A stretch of DNA of 18,904 nucleotides from assembly GCA_041548245.1 (NCBI GenBank), contig JBFESZ010000038.1, forward strand, positions 1-18,904. The letters run 5' to 3'. The translations under genes were made by a program, and so were the position numbers. Positions within the stretch are counted from its first letter, which is position 1. The number at the start of each line of letters is the position of its first letter. The notes under the pieces are model-generated. The model had not been told where the DNA came from and did not search any database. It saw only the letters and a program-made list of their open reading frames with translations. This stretch comes from Sulfurimonadaceae bacterium. GTDB taxonomy: Bacteria; Campylobacterota; Campylobacteria; Campylobacterales; Sulfurimonadaceae. Of this stretch, positions 14,907 to 18,904 are shown piece after piece.

Positions 14907-16691
14907 TTATACTTCGCTTTTTGGCAGTGATATAACAAAACATGTCTGTTCGCTGTTTTCTTTGAGGTAGAGATCTCCCTGATGATGTTCTTCTATAATT
15001 ATCTTAGACATATAAAGCCCTAGACCCGAACCGTTTTTAGCTTCTTTTGTTGAGAAATAGGGCTCAAATATCTTTTCAGAAAGTTTCTTATCTATGCCAT
15101 TTCCGTTGTCACAGATCTCTATATAGGCATTCTTTTCATCACCGCAAGTCCTGATCGTTACCATAGGTTCTGTCGTTTGATTCTCCAGCAGCTCTTCCAT
15201 GGCATTTTGCAGGAGGTTGAGAATGACTTGCGTCAGTTCATTAAAATGCACATTGACCATCGAACTCTCTTCATAGCTTCTATGGTAGTGGATCTGTTTG
15301 CTTTTAAATGAGGCCTCGACCAGGCTCAGAGCTCTTTCTACAGGTTGGTAAACGGGTACTGTACGTCTGCTTTTTGTCGGTTTATAGAAGTCTTTAAAAT
15401 CATCTATGATCTCCGAAAGGCTTACAACAGTGTCTTCGATATGGTCCAACTGGTTTTGGGTATAGGAAATTAGAGCTTGTTGACCGCTTTGTTTATCCAG
15501 CTCAAAGTCTTTGAGGGAATATTTTAATTTCATCGAGGTGATGATGGCATTGATACTGGAGAGAGGCTGACGCCATTGATGAGCAATCATACTTAATATT
15601 TCACCCATCTGCGCCAAGCGTGACTGATGGAGCAAATGCTTCTCCTGTCTTCGGTTTTTGCTGATCTCCTCATGGACACGTTGTTCTAGTGTCTCATTAA
15701 GTGTTTGGATTTGTGTATAGCTTTTGGCAAGTTGAGTGATAAAGAAGTTGAAACCGGCATTGATAATGAGTCCTAGAAGAAGGGCTGTGATCAGGACAAA
15801 GAGAATCGATTGTTTCAGTACTTGATTGGTTCTAAGTGAGATGGCGTTAATGTCAAAACCGAGTAAGACTTTGGCGATGACTTCTCCTTTGTGATCTAAT
15901 AGTTCAAGATCGGAGGTGATAGCATAAAGCCTGTTGCAGCAGATGGCTCTTGTACTATGCTTGTTAAGATTGATGTTGTCTATTTTTTCGGTAAAGAGGG
16001 GGTCACTCTTGACAAGGTAAAAGTCATCAATCTTAGGTAAATTACTCTTTTGCATAAAAGCGGAACTATCAAGGTTCTTTGCTAGTAGCCCGTACTGAAG
16101 GTAGCTTACTTGTCTTAGTGAGTGGATGATATAGTCTGTATCCACACCAAGTTCAAGAGAACCTATGTATCTGTTTTCATAAAATACAGGAGTCACAGCC
16201 CTGTAGGCCATGGCTAGCTTACCGATCTCGAAACCGGTATGTGCAACCTGTTTTTCATTGGTCAAGAGGATCATTTCTCGCGATGGGTGAAGTGTGTCTG
16301 CATACATTTGCGGTTTATGCAAACGCAGTAAAGCCGTTCCATCTTGAAGTCTGAAGGTCATGACTTTTAAAAAAGGGTTATATTTTTTTAACTGTTCAAA
16401 GTTTTTTTGAGTGAGTTTTAGCAGTTTTAATCTGTCCTGTGCGTCCATTGCCTGTAGCAGCTCTTCTGATTGCAGTAGCATCTCGGAATGCAGGAGAAGG
16501 TCATTCTCAAGTTGTTTGAGCAAAAAGGTATAGTTTCTATGAAGATTTTCATGTTCAATGGCAAGAGTGTCTCTTTCTTCATTGATAATAAGCGTGTAAT
16601 TATAATAGGAGACGACCAGGCCGGCAATGATCAAGATAGATAGCGTAACAAGATAAAAACGATGTTTTACACTTTTGATATAAGCAAGCAT
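14907..16691 (-). CDS. Sensor histidine kinase with periplasmic double-Cache (dCache_3-like) domain
   Basis: 594 aa; two TM segments; RLHKP...GFEIGK...YRAVTPVF...IGSLELG Cache pattern; H-box MIAHQWRQPL, N-box LNLLQNA, CDNGNGI, IFEPYFSTK, GSGLGL. Confidence 0.93.
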   Translation of the reverse strand: MLAYIKSVKHRFYLVTLSILIIAGLVVSYYNYTLIINEERDTLAIEHENLHRNYTFLLKQLENDLLLHSEMLLQSEELLQAMDAQDRLKLLKLTQKNFEQLKKYNPFLKVMTFRLQDGTALLRLHKPQMYADTLHPSREMILLTNEKQVAHTGFEIGKLAMAYRAVTPVFYENRYIGSLELGVDTDYIIHSLRQVSYLQYGLLAKNLDSSAFMQKSNLPKIDDFYLVKSDPLFTEKIDNINLNKHSTRAICCNRLYAITSDLELLDHKGEVIAKVLLGFDINAISLRTNQVLKQSILFVLITALLLGLIINAGFNFFITQLAKSYTQIQTLNETLEQRVHEEISKNRRQEKHLLHQSRLAQMGEILSMIAHQWRQPLSSINAIITSMKLKYSLKDFELDKQSGQQALISYTQNQLDHIEDTVVSLSEIIDDFKDFYKPTKSRRTVPVYQPVERALSLVEASFKSKQIHYHRSYEESSMVNVHFNELTQVILNLLQNAMEELLENQTTEPMVTIRTCGDEKNAYIEICDNGNGIDKKLSEKIFEPYFSTKEAKNGSGLGLYMSKIIIEEHHQGDLYLKENSEQTCFVISLPKSEV

Positions 16692-16697
16692 ACTGGT

Positions 16698-17732
16698 TTA
16701 AACTCTACAGTACCAGACGTCAATAAGGGTATCGATCTCATCCTCAATGGAGCTACTAAGCAAGGCAAACTTTTCTTTATCGATATTTTTCCACTCCTGT
16801 TCCCATTTGGAGTAGATGAAAAAAAAGCTTTCAAGCATACTGAAGATACGTTCAAACTCCTCTACGGAATCGCACATAGGCTGCTGAGACAAGGTAGAAC
16901 CGAGTTGTCTGAACTTGGAATGAAGGCCCTTAAACACCTTTTCCTCGGGTAGGGCATCGGTATAATCCTTTACAGCATTGCATAGTTCATCCAATGTGCT
17001 CTGTTCAAGAGGTTGGCGAAGAAGTTTTGAGGAGATGCTGTTGATGACTCTATCGATCTTCTTCAGATGTGAGGATGTTGTGCTTGTATACGTATCATCT
17101 ACCTCTATGCTTCTTTTTGATCTTATCGGTATAGTCATTTGACGGTGAATACCATCCTTGTGCTGCATACCTTCGATAATCCGCATTGACTTTTCCAGGG
17201 CGATGTTCTTCTCATGCAAGGCTTCATTGCTTTTTTTCAGGGCCTCATCCTGCAGGATAAGCTTTGCATTGAGTTCTTCAATCTCTTGATAGTACTTTTC
17301 TATCAGGCGTTCGTTGATAATCGCTTGGATGACCTTATACAGGGTCGTAATCAACTCCTCATGCCTGATCGGTTTGATCAAAAAGTTACTGATACCGATA
17401 TGCAGCAGTTCTATCAGATACTCGGACTCGTTATGTGCCGAGACGACAATAACAGGTTGTAGCGGATTGAGGGTATAGATTTCATGGATCATCTCAATCC
17501 CGTTCATCTCAGGCATGTTGATATCCGTGATGACAAGATCATAAGGCGAATGTGTCTTATCGAGGCGATCACGGTATCTTTGCAGACCGACCTTTCCGTT
17601 CTGAGCGGTGTCGACCTGATTAAAAAGTTCATCAAAGACTCGCCCCATCTGCAAACGAAGTCCGTCATCATCCTCAACAAAGAGGATGTCAAAGTCTTTA
17701 CTGAGTTGATACAGCTGTTGTATCTTATCCAT
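16698..17732 (-). CDS. Response regulator: REC + coiled coil + unrecognised helical C-terminal domain (no DNA-binding domain seen)
   Basis: 344 aa; ILFVEDD, VITD70INMP, VSAH and FLIKP give an intact receiver; coiled coil at about aa 140-190; AAAAGG SD upstream. Confidence 0.9.
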   Translation of the reverse strand: MDKIQQLYQLSKDFDILFVEDDDGLRLQMGRVFDELFNQVDTAQNGKVGLQRYRDRLDKTHSPYDLVITDINMPEMNGIEMIHEIYTLNPLQPVIVVSAHNESEYLIELLHIGISNFLIKPIRHEELITTLYKVIQAIINERLIEKYYQEIEELNAKLILQDEALKKSNEALHEKNIALEKSMRIIEGMQHKDGIHRQMTIPIRSKRSIEVDDTYTSTTSSHLKKIDRVINSISSKLLRQPLEQSTLDELCNAVKDYTDALPEEKVFKGLHSKFRQLGSTLSQQPMCDSVEEFERIFSMLESFFFIYSKWEQEWKNIDKEKFALLSSSIEDEIDTLIDVWYCRV

Positions 17733-17751
17733 ATATCGCCTTTTACTTTAT

Positions 17752-18904
17752 TTAGAAGTCAAAAATATCACCTAGGTCTTCTTCTGTCTGAGCGTCAGGC
17801 TGTAATAGTGCATTGAGCATATTCGCATTGGTTGTGATAGAATCATTAAGAAAGTCAACACTTGGTGCCCCGTCATAGAAGATCTTTGCCTTCCAAAATA
17901 TAAGATCATTGATAAAGGCATTGACAAAATCGAAGAGTTGACCTGCACTTTCTTTGAAGAACTCCTGATTTTCCATGATGGCCATAGAGAGCTCTTTAAG
18001 GGAACTTGAAAGCACATAGGTATCATTAGAGATACTAAGGATAGATGCTATCTCATCAAAACAGTGACAGAGCTCATGGATATCTGAGGCTTCAAGATGG
18101 CTGTTTTCCATAAGCAGAATCAGTGAACGCAGTTTAAGAAGATAACTCTCAAAGTCCTCGAGTTCATCGGCATCCAATATATCAAACGTGAAGAGTTCTT
18201 CATTCTCTCTTGTTGTAAGAATTTCCAATACTTCAGCCGGAGAAGAAGCAGGTTTGGCTTCTTCTAATAGAGGAGTCGAAAGCTCTTGCAGGGAGATTTT
18301 GGGTAAGACAAAGCTGATTAGATTGCCTTTGCATAGATAGATCGCTTCACTGTAGTGTTTTTGTATGATGGTATCTATTTTGTCACATCCGATAAGCGTG
18401 ATATTATCAAGGGTAAAAAAGAAATTGTTGATATCTTCTTCAATATAGATATGGAATTGAAATTTATGGTGCAGCTGCAGGTTGCCCAGTCTGTAGATAA
18501 AGCGTACAAAATCACTAAGATTGTCAATATGGCGTTGAAAGTCTATACGGATAAGCAGGGCTTCCCAAAACTCAGAGAGGTCTGCCTCAGAACCGACAAA
18601 GAAGTCCATATGATAGTTATAGATTTTTGAGGTGAAGAGGTTGTGCGCCTTTGGAGAGTGGCCTATATGATTACGAGTCTGAATCAGTTGAAGATAGTTG
18701 TGAAGACGGCTTTTAAACAGCGGTGCATTGACCGGTTTGATCATGTAGTCTTCCGCACCGTTACGAAGCATCTCTTTTTGTTTCTCTTCATCACCAAAGG
18801 CTGAGATGACAATGATCATAGTACGTGGATGCATCTGCTTGATGGTCTTGGTCGCTTCGTTACCGTTCATCATCGGCATCATAAGGTCCATGAAGATAAG
18901 GTCA
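17752..18904 (-). CDS. Response regulator (5'-truncated by window edge): REC + GHKL-like middle domain + helical C-terminal domain
   Basis: The frame stays open beyond the ORF-track start 18891 to the window end and reads DLIFMDLMMP (phosphoacceptor Asp). ISAF and YMIKP complete the receiver, so the true start lies outside the window. Confidence 0.9.
   Translation of the reverse strand, partial: DLIFMDLMMPMMNGNEATKTIKQMHPRTMIIVISAFGDEEKQKEMLRNGAEDYMIKPVNAPLFKSRLHNYLQLIQTRNHIGHSPKAHNLFTSKIYNYHMDFFVGSEADLSEFWEALLIRIDFQRHIDNLSDFVRFIYRLGNLQLHHKFQFHIYIEEDINNFFFTLDNITLIGCDKIDTIIQKHYSEAIYLCKGNLISFVLPKISLQELSTPLLEEAKPASSPAEVLEILTTRENEELFTFDILDADELEDFESYLLKLRSLILLMENSHLEASDIHELCHCFDEIASILSISNDTYVLSSSLKELSMAIMENQEFFKESAGQLFDFVNAFINDLIFWKAKIFYDGAPSVDFLNDSITTNANMLNALLQPDAQTEEDLGDIFDF

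Noticed and set aside
18889-18891. ORF-track start of the last response regulator
   Set aside because: This Met is internal (DLIF-M-DLMMP, mid-receiver) and the frame stays open to the window edge.
1-18904. CRISPR arrays, tRNA/rRNA genes, IS elements, long tandem repeats
   Set aside because: The window is almost fully protein-coding, the largest intergenic gaps are about 130 and 240 bp, and no repeat-spacer pattern, cloverleaf or transposase was seen.

Overview
Mostly core-genome window from a motile Campylobacterota (epsilonproteobacterium). A Sulfurimonas-like affinity is inferred from gene order and protein motifs, not from a database search. The minus strand carries a housekeeping operon coaBC-hypothetical(FliK-like)-uppS-prepilin peptidase-lptF/G-truA. 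It is separated from glmU by three plus-strand genes: an HI0933/YhiN flavoprotein, a small degenerate HerA/FtsK-like P-loop protein and a c-heme (CxxCH) chemoreceptor. A divergent plus-strand operon encodes a PomA/PomB-like (probably Na+-type) stator, fliP, trmA and a coiled-coil/SH3-like exported protein. It is preceded by a sigma28-like promoter and a short structured, possibly terminated RNA. The right end is a minus-strand signalling cluster of two non-DNA-binding response regulators and a dCache sensor histidine kinase. The two regulators share a helical output domain I cannot name, and the upstream one is cut by the window edge and also has a degenerate GHKL-like domain. This cluster is the best candidate for an undescribed system. 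No rRNA, tRNA, CRISPR array or mobile element was seen.
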